From Octopus vulgaris (taxonomy: Eukaryota), in contig OX597827.1 in the NCBI GenBank assembly GCA_951406725.2, positions 3,038,001-3,102,000 on the forward strand: DNA of 64,000 nt. The letters run 5' to 3'. Position numbers and translations under genes: made by a program. Below are positions 40,218 to 52,844 of the stretch, piece by piece (the stretch's first letter is position 1; the number at the start of each line of letters is the position of its first letter). The notes below the pieces were generated by a model, which did no database searches, was not told the origin of the DNA, and saw only the letters and a list, made by a program, of their open reading frames with translations.

Positions 40218-40645
40218 TTTCCTTGGCTCATGAAACCCCTTCCATCTTTACCTACCCCTAACCCACCCATGACATTTTGCATTGTTGTTGTTACTGCTGC
40301 AGATGTTGTTGTAGTTGTTGTTGCCAATGCAGCTTTTAATGGTAATTGGTTGTGGTTGTGGTAGTGGTGGTAATGGTAATGATGAAGCGCAGGGGAGTAG
40401 GAGAAGAGGGATGAGGTAAAACAAGATGAAGGCAAATGATGGTAGCAGTGGTGGTGGTGGTTGTGAAAGAGGCGGAAGAATAAGAAAGCGGTGGGGGGGG
40501 AGGGGTTGAAAACGGGGGGGGGCGAAAAGAAAGCAGAGAACAGGGTTGTCAAAAATATGCGGAATGTCAGACTCTCCCCCCCCGACCCCTTCCCCCTCCC
40601 TCCCTCCCCCCACTCATCCACCGCCATCACCATCACCATCACCAC
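40218..40645 (-). other. Candidate GC-rich 5' UTR exon
   Basis: Acceptor tactctctttctcag|GTGG at 40646/40645. Donors TAG|gtaaag (40251) or AAA|gtaaat (40217). Poly-G/C and triplet low-complexity sequence of the kind often seen in 5' UTRs. Confidence 0.3.
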
Positions 40646-40829
40646 CTGAGAAAGAGAGTATATGCAAGCATCTCATCACTCATCACACAGTGTTCAGTGT
40701 TTAGTTCCCAAGAAGTCAAAACAATGCAATTTAAGAAGAAAAAAAAATAATAATAATAAATATGAAACAAGTAACATGGCTCCCCACCCCATCATTCGCT
40801 CTCTCTCTCTCTCTCTCTCTCTTTCTCCT

Positions 40830-41100
40830 CTTCTAGGTGCAATCGACGCAGTAGGGATGCCGTTCCTAACGGAAGTGTGCAGCAAGACTAAGATTATTTT
40901 ATGCCTTTGCAGCAGCTAATTCTGCAACTGTTATTTCCGGAATTGTACTTGATTTCTTGGGAAAGCTTATTGATTTTCTTTTTTTTGGTTCCTCTTCAGA
41001 AAATCAGGACAACCTGCAGCCAATCCAGTTTATAGCATCTCAACCAGATGTTGCTGGCATTCGATAACTTTTACGCTCATTCTTCCATTATGACTCCACT
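40830..41100 (-). promoter_or_regulatory. Putative promoter/first-exon region of the minus-strand gene
   Basis: Unique, locally CpG-containing island upstream of the candidate exons. CTATAAA on minus at 41035-41029, GCCAATC at 41019-41025, E-box CAGATG at 41045-41050. Confidence 0.3.
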
Positions 41101-41223
41101 CTAATGAAATATATAAGTACTTTTGTGCATTTAAGGGGAGAACGCTCAAGTAGCGAATGCACACTTTCTGAATTGATACAAGATGCATACAGGCACACAT
41201 ACACAGGTTCTGATAGATTCATA

Positions 41224-41266
<43 letters not shown>

Positions 41267-42095
41267 GTTGTTTGTGTTTGTGTTCATATATATATATATA
41301 TATTACACACATATATATATATGTTGTTTGTGTTCATATATATATATATACATATATTTATTTACATACACACACACATAGAGAAACATGTACTATGCAT
41401 GTTTCTACATGTTCAGTTATATTTATAATTATATCTACGTGTACGTGTCTAAATCTATATTTGCTCCTCAATCACACGTGTATGTATATGATATATATGT
41501 GTGTGTGTGTGTGTGTTTGTGTGTGTGTGTATTTCTATATATATGGAGAGAGAGAGAGGTGGTCAAACAAGTGTTATAAGACAAAGAAAGGAGCAATCAT
41601 TATCTAAATAGATCGAAATGTGTTGGGAGTCATTTGCAATGCTGTCAAACTATGAAGATTTTAGACTCAGAAGACATGTTCATTTGATTCAAACCTATAT
41701 GATTTTTTTGCTAGCATTTATCTGAAGTATGGAGTAACATGCTTTGACTTATTCCAAGCTGTAATTTCATAAAGATACACACACACACACACATTTATAT
41801 ATAATAAATGCAGGATTTAAACATTAGCTATTATAAGTTTCATGTTCAGATAGTACAGTAGTCAGACAAGCTGTCTTCATGTGCTGTGAACTATCCTGCA
41901 ATTGTTCAAGCTCAAAACGAAACATGGCATGTTATACAAGTTCATCTAATTACTGAAGTATCTGAGTATGAAGCTTATAGTAGCCCACATTTAAATCCTG
42001 TGTTTATTAAATATTTATTTCTAATTGGATGGAACCCTTTTTTTTGCTGAACCCACAAATAATGAAACTGAACAATATATACAGATGTTGCATGA

Positions 42096-42208
42096 ACTCT
42101 GAAGATGATGGCATTTGTAAAGGTCATTCACCTTTTCAAATCACTCGACTGGTTGAGTAAATGGAACTATGAACGCACCTAAAATGCATGTCAGAAACAG
42201 CTGTAAGT
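42096..42208 (+). ncRNA. Minimal type I hammerhead ribozyme motif HH2 (GUA cleavage after 42205)
   Basis: ACT-CTGAAGA(42099-42105)-TGATGGCATTT...AAATGC(A)TGTCA-GAAAC(42194-42198)-AGCT-GTA-AGT. Stem II is 11 bp with one bulge; stem I ACT/AGT. Followed by AATAAA. Confidence 0.7.
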
Positions 42209-42483
42209 CTATTACATACAAATAAATAAACGTGTAAAATCCATAATTTATGCTTTTCTTTGTATATCACTCTGTGAAAACATACCATGTTAACTTGGTA
42301 ATGGAACCGTGTATTTGCAGAGTCAACTGGTGATGGACTTCAACTTCAGATCTTGCCTTTGGACCACCTGGAGTTCTGTACCAATCAGAAGACTTTTGTT
42401 AGTCTGATGTATTTGCATCAGCAGAGAGCTTAAGGAGTATTTTGCCCAGATTACTAATCCCTTAGTAATTCTTTACACACACA

Positions 42484-42546
<63 letters not shown>

Positions 42547-42939
42547 AAACACACACATGAAAAGGTTGAACACATGCTAACCTGGAAACAGCCATAAGAC
42601 TCTATTTATTGGATTCATTTGGGACTTCCTTTTTGGATTATTGCAAACTGTTATCTCATCAGCTTGGACATCTTAATTTATCTGTATGCATTTATGCAAT
42701 TACTTATCCGACTTTGATTTGGGCCAAAAATGACACTATTACATGTATATATATGTTTTTGTATGTTATCTGCTCAGCTGCTTATAATGGCTTATATATG
42801 CCCTCTGTGTTTAGATATGTGTCGGTTTTGATGAGGAGTATTATTGACCTTGGAACTTGTCTCTTTCAAATTAATACTTTAATGTAATCCCCCAATAAAT
42901 CGAGGCCTATGCTGTTACTTCTTGAATAGAGTATATATA

Positions 42940-43650
42940 TATGATTGAAAAGAAAGTGTTGTCCCATTTTTGACATCATTTTGAGGCTACTTATTCAACA
43001 CTTTTGGTAAAATTTTTACATCCTACTCTTTGCTTTCTATCAGTCATTGCATGTTTTATGGAACCTAAAGGGTTCTCTCCAACAACGAAAGCGGCAAGAA
43101 ATATTTGTTGCATCTATGGAAATGAAGCTTGAAGTGTCCAGAAATGCCAACAATGGTTTGTCCGGTTTTGCTCAGGAAATTTTTCTCTTGCAGATCCCCC
43201 TTTGATTTGGACAATCAAGTTCTGTCGACACTGGACTTCCAAGGCAATCTGCATGAAAACTAGCAAAACAGATCAAATCAAGTCACATTTTAATCATAAG
43301 GTACTTTCATGAACAAGAAAAAGTGACTAAATTTGCTGAGTGGGTCCCCTATCATCTAGGCGCTTTGCATCTTAACCAAAGTGTTGCTCTCAGCTCATCA
43401 TTGAAACCTAGACTTGCTACTGAACCTTTCCAAGACAGTGTCTTCACATATAAAGAAAAGTGAGTTCTCTATAACTATATTCAATGAAAATAAGGGTTAG
43501 CATGCAATAAAAAAAAAACAGAGCACATCCTCAAATCAGGACAACACCCCAAGATCAAGTTAATTTCTGTGTTCAGTGAGATATGAAGTGTGTCATCTAT
43601 AATGGAATATTAAACTGAAATGAAAGAATAATTGCAGAGAAGTATTGTCA
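42940..43650 (+). mobile_element. Degenerate mariner (Hsmar1/SETMAR-like) transposase relic
   Basis: AARNICCIYGNEA*SVQKCQQWFVRFCSGNFSL at about 43090-43195, WVPYHL at about 43341 and EK*VLYN at about 43455. Confidence 0.7.
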
Positions 43651-43933
43651 TAAATTGACATCATGTGATTGTTTTAATGAAGCATCACCATCATTACAAG
43701 CAATGTTCTTTGTTTCCAGTCTTCCATGGTCATAAAGAAATATTACCTCACCTGGAATTAGGTGAAGCCTGGCAATGGGAAGGGCATTTGGCCATAGAAA
43801 ATCTGCCCTAAATTGTGTCTCAATCACACAACATAGAAAATGGTCATTCAATGTTTATTGATTACATGCACCTACACATATATGAAAAAAAGAGAGAGGA
43901 AGAGAGAGAGAGATGTACTCACAAACACACATG

Positions 43934-43972
<39 letters not shown>

Positions 43973-45392
43973 ACTTCACATACACATATTCATTCACACA
44001 CAACCACACAGTTTTTGATTTCCTAGTCTAATGTTTATGACCTCTTTCACTCACATTCAAATACACACACACACACACACACATGTACGTACGTATGTAT
44101 GTATGTATATATGTAGGTATGTACATGTGGGAGTGAGAGAAAAAAGAACACAATCATTAGACAAGTAAATCAAAAATTCAAAAGAATTTGATGCTAATTA
44201 CAGACGGTACAGTATTTATTTACATTTTCATTAAAAAATGCAATTTGTTTCAGCTATTAAAAATGCTCTTCAGAGAATTGCAGAAGGAATATTTGAACCC
44301 ATCACATATATCTATAGATACATTCTAGGATTCCTGCAAAATTACCAGATTAACTAAATAAGTAAAAAATAAAGGAATGGCAAAAAATATCTCTAGCGAA
44401 CACCATATATTAATGCCAATATGGGATGGGGAAATGATCTATATGGAGAAATATTGTAGAACATATATAACTATAAGGGGTGGAGTTAATTGAATAAAGA
44501 AATATATAAAAACAGTAAATTCAATCATATCACAAAAAAATGTTTTGGGAAAAATGCAACGTCAATAAGTGAGGTGTTTAAATTAGGGATATTACAGGAA
44601 AAAAGGGAAATAACCATTGCAAGAATTCATAGAATTCGGAGATAAAAGGGAGACAGTGATGTAAAATAAAGGGAAAAAATAAAGAAATTAATGAAGGATC
44701 AAAGAGGTACACAGACATGCATGTATATGTGTGTATACATATGCACACACATATATGTATGTATATGTGTGTGTATATATTTACGCACATATTTGCATGC
44801 ACAAATATGTATATGTGTGTGTGTGTGTGTGTGTATATATATACACATACACACACACACACACAGACACACATATATATATATAAGAAAATATACATAT
44901 GCATACAAGCATAAGAATGCATGTATACACTTAGGCACAAACCAGGCAATTAAAAGCTAATTATCACACACTTGCATATGTACAACAACAGCCAACCTTA
45001 TTAGCGCATCCATACTTAATAACATCCATAATTTATATAAGAAAAAAAATGCTTACAGGAAATATATATGTCCAAAAACATCAAGTCCTAATTACTTATG
45101 CATAAAATCAAACTCTAAATGATAATGATGAAAGATAACTGTAATATAAAGTGTTACATTATTTCACTTCATTTCCTATTAAAGATATTTTAAATCATAA
45201 CATCCATCTGAAATTGTTTAAAATGTAATAGTTAAATTTTAAACTGGTTGACACTTTAAATTCCGTTAAAGTACTTCATAATATTAAAACAACAGGAGGA
45301 AAAGTCCCGTACAAATGAGATGATATGAAACTTACTATCAGCTATAATTCTACATATATATATGTGTGTGTTTGAAAAAGAGAGAGAGGGAG

Positions 45393-45445
<53 letters not shown>

Positions 45446-46199
45446 ATACAGTCTAGTGGTTATGGTGTTACACTCTTGATAGCAAGATAATAGGTTCAAT
45501 TCCTGGACTGGGTGCTGCATTATATTTCTACTTTTGCTTCAGGCTGATCAATGGCTTGTAAGTGAACCTGGTTGATGGAAACTGTGAGGAAACTTGTGTG
45601 TGTGTGTGTGTGTGTGTTTGCAGTTATGCCTGACTCCCACAACAGCTTGATATTCCTGCAACCTAGTGGTTTGGCAAAAGACATTGATAAACTTATTACC
45701 AGACTTAGAATAAATATGAGGGTCAATTTGTTTGACTAAAACCTTTTAAGGTAGTGCCCCAACATGGCTTCAGTATAATGAATGAAACACATAAAAAATA
45801 GAGATGCATCAACGTTAGAGTAAAATGAAAGACAGAAGCTTTGGGTAAACAGATCGGGTGATTAGTGGAATTGGGAAAGTCAGAAATACTTATTGAAATC
45901 ATGAATAGAGATGGAGAGTAAGATACAGGTTAAGTGTTGGTTATGCAGATCCTCAGTGTGAGGATGTAACATGAGAAGAAGTGGTGGCCACAAAGAGATT
46001 GTCTGACATATTCATTCCTGAGTAAGCATGAAAGAATTACTAAATAAATTAGATTAGGTAAAAAAAAAAGTAAAAAGAAGTAACAGATGAATTTAGCAAT
46101 AAAAAAAATGGAAATTACACGAACGTATATAAACAAGAGATACAAATATTACAGGCACTCCCCCCCCACACACACACACTAACTAAACATAGACACACA

Positions 46200-46430
46200 T
46201 AGAGATATACGCATGCGCAAATGAAGACAAATACAATAGAAATACAAAATGGCTGACGGTTAGTAAGGAGAGACACACAAATAAGAAAGAAGAAAGCAAA
46301 GGACCACTGATGCGGTCACAGAAGTGTGACGAAAGAACTCTGACCGAAATAAGATTAAGATTAATGTAAAAAGTGAATAACACTGAAGCAAAGTAACACC
46401 AAATATATAGTGCGTGTGTTTTTATTGGCT
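46200..46430. promoter_or_regulatory. Cluster of promoter-type motifs (NRF1-like, YY1-like, CCAAT)
   Basis: ACGCATGCGCA 46209-46219, CAAAATGGCTG 46245-46255 and ATTGG 46424-46428 in a CpG-containing island. Could instead be a Penelope-like terminal repeat relic. Confidence 0.25.
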
Positions 46431-49400
46431 AAACTGGCAAAATGACCTTTCCTAAATACAACAATAAAACGGAAATTATTGTATTGAATAGAACATTAAA
46501 AAATTACATATAAAAAATTGTCAGTCATGAAATGGACTGATACCACTGTAACTGGCCTATCAGCAAAGTATAGACATTAAGTATAATACTCAGATAGCTA
46601 TTTTAATTTAATACAGCCTCAATTGCATATTTAGGATTTTTATTCAGCTATTTGTGAATGCTTTATTTATTGTTACCTATATCAGGACTGGTGAATTTTT
46701 ATCCAGGTACATGACTGGCTGAGTACATGTCACTGAAAAAGCCCCAAATATGTATCTGGCATTTTCAATGATCATTGTAGGTGTGATTTTTTTTTTTTGC
46801 TTTCCTCTGATTATTAATTTTGTTTTTAACAAAGCATATCCATAAGTGATGTTATCTCAGGACAGACACTACAATAACTGGCCTATCAATATACACTAAA
46901 TATGATATATATAGATGTGTGTAAAAAAATTGATTAAATATATATGTGTGCCGTAAATCAGTAAATGGCAAAAGTAATACAAGTCAAACAGGAAGCTGAA
47001 ATTTTCTACTTAGATATTTACCTGTGGGGCAAAGAAAGATTCTGAAAATATCTGTCCTGAAATTTTATGATGGCACAATCCTATTCTATATTGAGGGCCT
47101 ATTAAGTTTGAGGATTTTAGCAAAGACTATTTCATAAGCCTCTGTGGCACAGAGATTGCATAGTTTTCTATTCCTTGCAAATAATTTAGAGCAAGAAATA
47201 ATTTTTCAGGTTTAGCTATTTTGTGCATTTGAAATCTTTAAATTCTAAGCATAACTAGAAAGTGAAACAGAAGTGCTTCTGGAGATTTTCTTGAATGAAC
47301 AGGTATGTTGATTGTAGTGAAATATGAAGGAAATACTTGTAAGTGCAGTATATGCACTAGTGGGGTTAGCTGTTTGTACTTAATATTAATACATTATATA
47401 CTTTATTGAAAAGAGCTCAAAGGGTATTTTTAGGGAATGTATAATTACAGTTAAAGTGAGTAGTAGAGGTTGTATTAGTTAGATTAATTTCAGCAAGGTT
47501 AGGACAAGCAAAATCAAGTGCAAAGCCTAGGGATGTAGAATATAAAAATCTTTATAGTACTCATATGAAAAATTCTGTAATATTTATGCTGTTGTGGAAG
47601 ATTATTTTAAGTAAGCTAACAGAAAAAAAAAAGTTGCTATAAGCATGGCTACTTCTAAGTTAAGTGCCATTATCAGTATTTTCAGAATTTTTTTAGAATA
47701 CTCTATTTCTTACTTTATGCAAGCAGTCCTCATTGCTTTGAACCTTAGTTAAACAAGTGCATTAGGACAAAAACCTCAGGCCATTGAGAAAATATGTTAA
47801 TAAAACATCAGTTAATAAACCATATTTTGCAGTTAATAAAACATACAACTAGAAAATGCCTTGCAGTATTGAATTATGCCTTCTTTTACATTCTGAATTC
47901 AAATCCCACTGGAATGAAACATTAATTTCATCAATCCAAGGTTGATAAGAAACAGTACCAGTCATTTAATGGATATCAATAAAATAAGGCATTCGTCAAA
48001 AACTGGAGTTGATTTAATCAGCTATACCACTCGATTTAGGGTCTTGTTTCAGTAGTGGGGACCAATATTGATGATGATAATGATGAAGACAACAACAAAA
48101 GATGATGATGACAATGATGATGATTAAATTGTAGATTATTTCAGAAAAATACTACCAGTATGTTCAGCAACCTGCTGCCAAATTTCAGATGGTTTTGGTA
48201 AATAAAAGTTTAAATTTAAAATGCAAAGAAAAATTTTCAAAAATAAATGTATGATAGAATAAATAAAAAGTAGCTAGATAAATATATTTATTCTCTCATT
48301 TTTCCCAACTACATTCTTAGAAACACCATTACACCCTCGTTATTAAACTTGCCCCACATACAACCCACTGCACCACTCAGTTACTAAAACTGTTTCAGTG
48401 ATGAGGTTTCTACCTTCGAGATAACACAATCCCATCTCTACTTCACCCATTTTATTTTCATATACTTATGAAGGATGAGGAAGAGGAGGAAAGAAAAAGA
48501 AGAGGATGAAGAAGAAAATAAAGAGAAACAAAAAAATTTCTTTTAAATAATGAAAATTTCAAGAATTACATAAACTCAGCTATTTATTTCCATTGCTATC
48601 TTTAATAGAGATGAAGAGTGGGGGATTGAAGAGGAGCAAAAGGAAAGAGAAAATAAAAGAGAGATGACAGAGACAGAGAAAAGATGCAAGAAATAAGGAA
48701 GAGTGAGTAAAAAGATAAGCAATTTTAATGGAAAGACAACTCTGTTTACCATCTCTTATCTTTTACTTATTTTTGGTTTTGGACTGTGGCCATGCTGGGA
48801 TAGCACTTGAAAGGGTTATTGGAACAAATCAACACTAGTACTTATTTAGATGCCTGGTACTCATACTTATTCTATCCAACCTCTTTGCTGAACTGTTCAG
48901 TTAAGGTGATGTAATGAAAACAAACCTTGGTTGGCAAACAGTGTGGGAAAACACACACACACATGTGAGGCTTCCACACAGTTTCTGACAGCCAGCTTCA
49001 TAGTCAAGGCATTGATTGACCAAGATTTATAGTAAAAGACACTTGCCAAAAATGCCACACATTGGGAGTAAGTCTGAAACGGCAAAGCAAGCTTCTTAAC
49101 AATGTCGCTGTTGATGCAGTTTTCAAGTCAGTGCCACGATGTGAAGATAGTGGAATGGTAAATCCTTAGAGTACTGAACAAAATGCCTCGTGATAGTTCT
49201 TCAGGCTCTTTACACTCTGAGTTCAGATTCCACCAGGGTTAGCTTTGCCTTTCAACTCTTCATGGTTGATGAAATAAAATAACTGGCACTCCATAGGATA
49301 TGATGATATCATTTGATCCACAGAACAACTTATGAAATTATCTGGGAGTTTCAGCATGGCGCAGAAAGTGACAAGGCCAGCCCTGACTGGAGCAACATGA

Positions 49401-50697
49401 AATAAAGTGTCTTACTCAAGGACACAACACACTGCCAGGAATTGAACTCACAACCTTATGATCATGAGCCAAATACCTTAACCACTAAGCCATTTGCCCA
49501 CTGATCAAATAAAGTACCATTCAAGTATTGTAGCTGATAATAATGAATATCCTTTGCCATCAAATTCACTGGCCTTGAGTTTTTATCAGAAAGAATTATC
49601 AGCCTTCCAAAGTGAGAGAGAGAGAGAGAGAGAGACCGTTTTGTTATTTTGTTCCATGAAGTAATCACAGGGAGAAAGGGAAGAGACACAAAAATATTTT
49701 AAGATCTCCAAGACTGGAAGAGAGGAAGGTATCCTCACCCCAGACAGTAGGCTTATTACAGAATGGACTTTGCTAAAGGTACTCATGGACCAAGTGACAG
49801 AAGCAAGCAAGTTGAATTATTAAATCTACAAACGAGGCTTTCACATTTTCGCTCTACAAAATTTCTCTCGCAGAGAATTACTGAAACAGAGGAATGGTAA
49901 AAACTGCAGACACTTGCATAAGGCACCACAAATTCAGATCAAATCTGAAATCTCATGATATTTTTATCAGCTTAAAAAGTCTTTGAGCAATACAGATGAA
50001 ATATGTAAGGTGATGTCAATAAGCTTGACTTTCTCACCAGAATTGTGCAAAGGTTTTTTTAAACAGTTATATAACTTTTATGTAAGGGCAAGCATTGCTG
50101 TGTGGATCAGAAGCTTGTTTCCCAACCATGAGGTTTTACCATTCACTTTTTCATGTTTGCATGGATCAGACAGACTTTGTTGAGGCAGATTTTCTACAGG
50201 TGGACATGTATACTGTTGACAACACTGACCTGTTTTCAAGCAAGGTAATATTTGCCCATAGCTGGACATGTTTGCATGAATTGATTGAAAATGAAAACCA
50301 TCGCCTGCATGATGGTGACAATTATCTACAGTAATCATGCAATGTCAAGACAAGGTGATGCCTACTCACACACACATACACGGCCATATACTTAAATATA
50401 TATGTATATACATAAATATACATACACATAGATATATATAATATATATATATATGTGTATGTATAACGGCCTATCTCTTACCTCATACATATATCTTTTG
50501 TATGATGTAAAAGGATAAAATCTCTTTATATGTATTAGTCGATGTTTTTGCACATGTATGTATATGCATATGCATGTGTTTGTTACCTGTGTATGTATAT
50601 ATATATATAGTCAATATATATATATTCATTCTTGTGTGTGTGTATTTTGTTTCATATTTATATTTGCATTTTTATATTTTTATAATTATACTTTATA

Positions 50698-50827
50698 ATC
50701 TCTGATGAGGCCTTGAGATATATATATATATAAGTAACTCATTTTTAACTGCATATTATCTCAATACATATGACTAATATAGGCAAAATGAGATACATTT
50801 ATCTACAGGCTGAAACAGCTGTAAGAT
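50698..50827 (+). ncRNA. Minimal type I hammerhead ribozyme motif HH3 (GUA cleavage after 50823)
   Basis: ATCT-CTGATGA(50702-50708)-GGCCT..AGATA...TATCT..AGGCT-GAAAC(50812-50816)-AGCT-GTA-AGAT. Stem I ATCT/AGAT, stem II GGCCT/AGGCT extended by AGATA/TATCT. Embedded in TA-rich microsatellite. Confidence 0.72.
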
Positions 50828-50993
50828 CCATTTTATATGTATCATTTTTATGGTATTATCTTACTTATTGATGTATACTGTTTTATTTTGTTGGATTTGG
50901 ATGTTCCTATTTATGTAGTTAATAAATAATATGAAATGATAATATCAGTAAGTCGATGAATGAAATTAATCTGTTCCTCCAGTTTCTTATTTG

Positions 50994-51030
<37 letters not shown>

Positions 51031-51449
51031 GACATACATGCACACGATAGGTTTCTTTCAGTTTCCATCTGCCAAACCCATTCATGACCTCTTGGTTGGC
51101 CCAGGGCTATTATAGAAAACACTTGCTCAAAGTACCGCACAGTAATATTGAACCCAAAATCACATGGCTGGGAAGCAAGGTTCTTAACCACACAGTAACG
51201 ACTGTTATGTATATTAACTTCCAATCAGTATTCTATTATTATCAACTCCTCACTATTTTTGCTTTCGTATTTTTTTTTTAATGCAAGTGAAAGGTATCAA
51301 TGGTGCCAACTAATACAATGGTAGACTGTAAAACTGAAAGCTTAAGCCTAGTGTAACTAGTAAGAAAATTATTTTTGAAACTAATTTGTTGCGTATGTAT
51401 TCTTTTCCTTTCTAATTCGTGCATGCATATAAGTAGTGGGGTAGATAAA

Positions 51450-51485
<36 letters not shown>

Positions 51486-51769
51486 GGATAGGAGAATCGT
51501 TCTAAAATAGTGTTACGTTTTTTTCAGTGTCATTATCTGAGATACAGATATCATCTATCACTTAGTTTTATGCTTTATGGCTTATTGAGTATGTTTAGTG
51601 GTGCCATCTGCTCTGAATGCAATGGATTAATTTACACAAATCCATATTATACAATCTCTGTTGTGTCATCGCGTTTTAATATATTGTTACATTAAAAAAG
51701 AATCAAGTCATAGATGTATGCTTGTAAATGTGAATGCATTTGTAAATGTGTGTGAATGCATGAATATGT

Positions 51770-51840
<71 letters not shown>

Positions 51841-51841
<1 letters not shown>

Positions 51842-51904
51842 ATAGAAATAAAGCAGTTACATTTGAATGTATATACACTCGAATATAACTGCTTTATTTC
51901 TATC
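51841..51904. repeat. 64-bp near-perfect inverted repeat (hairpin)
   Basis: 19-bp perfect outer arms GATAGAAATAAAGCAGTTA / TAACTGCTTTATTTCTATC. The inner 12 bp have three non-Watson-Crick positions. Confidence 0.92.
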
Positions 51905-52083
51905 ATTTAACAAGTAAAATAATTTATAAAAAATAGCACTTCTTAAGTTATTATTGATATATTTCAGATACTTTCAGTATTAATCAGACACAAAACACAT
52001 TATTAGCTCATACTCAGAGTTTCTCGCTTTAAGAATAGAAATGGCTGTGTTTCCAGTTTATTTCAGTCTTCATTGGTTTAACC

Positions 52084-52698
52084 CAGTGAATCTCAACCAT
52101 TTTTTTGCCTATTGGCCCCTTTGATCCCCATTTAACTCTAATGGACCTCTATAACCATTTGCTGAGTATAAAAAAAAACCCTGCTGTGTTTTTATACTCT
52201 TTTACTCTTTTCAGTCATTTGACTGTGGCCATGCTGGAGCACCGCCTTTAGTCAAGCAAATCAGCCCCAGAACTTATTCTTTGTAAGCCTAGTACTTATT
52301 CTATTGGTCTCTTTTGCCGAACCGCTAAGTTACGGGGACGTAAACATACCACCATCGGTTGTCAAGCGATGTTGGGAGGACAAACACAGACACACAAACA
52401 TATACACACACATACAGATATATATATATATACAAATACACGATGGGCTTCTTTCAGTTTCCGTCTACCAAATCCACTCACAAGGCTTTGGTCAGCCTGA
52501 GGCTATAGTAGAAGACATTTGCCCAAGGTGCCATGCAGTGGGACTGAACCTGGAACCATGTGGCTGGTAAGCAAGCTACTTACCACACCACCACTCCTAC
52601 GCCTATTTATAATTAAATTTTATTTGGAATTGCATGAAAAAAAATTAAAATAGATTTTAACAACAAAATTTTTTCTGGACCACAGTTGAATACCACTA
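52084..52698. mobile_element. hAT-type MITE with 8-bp TSD, carrying a nested SINE
   Basis: Termini CAGTGAATCTCAACC / AGTTGAATACCACTA. Perfect TSD GTTTAACC at 52076-52083 and 52699-52706. Confidence 0.8.
52195..52605 (-). mobile_element. SINE family A (nested in hAT MITE)
   Basis: Reverse complement match. Confidence 0.88.
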
Positions 52699-52844
52699 GT
52701 TTAACCAAGGCTACTAAATTTAGTATAATAACGGAATGGAACTTCACCTCCAAATAGTCTTTACCAAACACAATGAGTATTCTTCTTCCTGTTCATACTC
52801 TCAAAATATACACTTTTTCATTACTTTTATACATCTGTTTTCCT

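Noticed and set aside
40837-40919. Plus-strand exon after (CT)n-ctag
   Set aside because: The pyrimidine tract is a microsatellite, all frames stop quickly and no donor was found.
44240-44280. Minus-strand hammerhead CTGAAGAGC...GCTGAAAC
   Set aside because: No GTH after stem III and no stem I; at best a very decayed relic.
48385-48425. Minus-strand TGAAACAGTT motif
   Set aside because: No CTGANGA core and no convincing stems.
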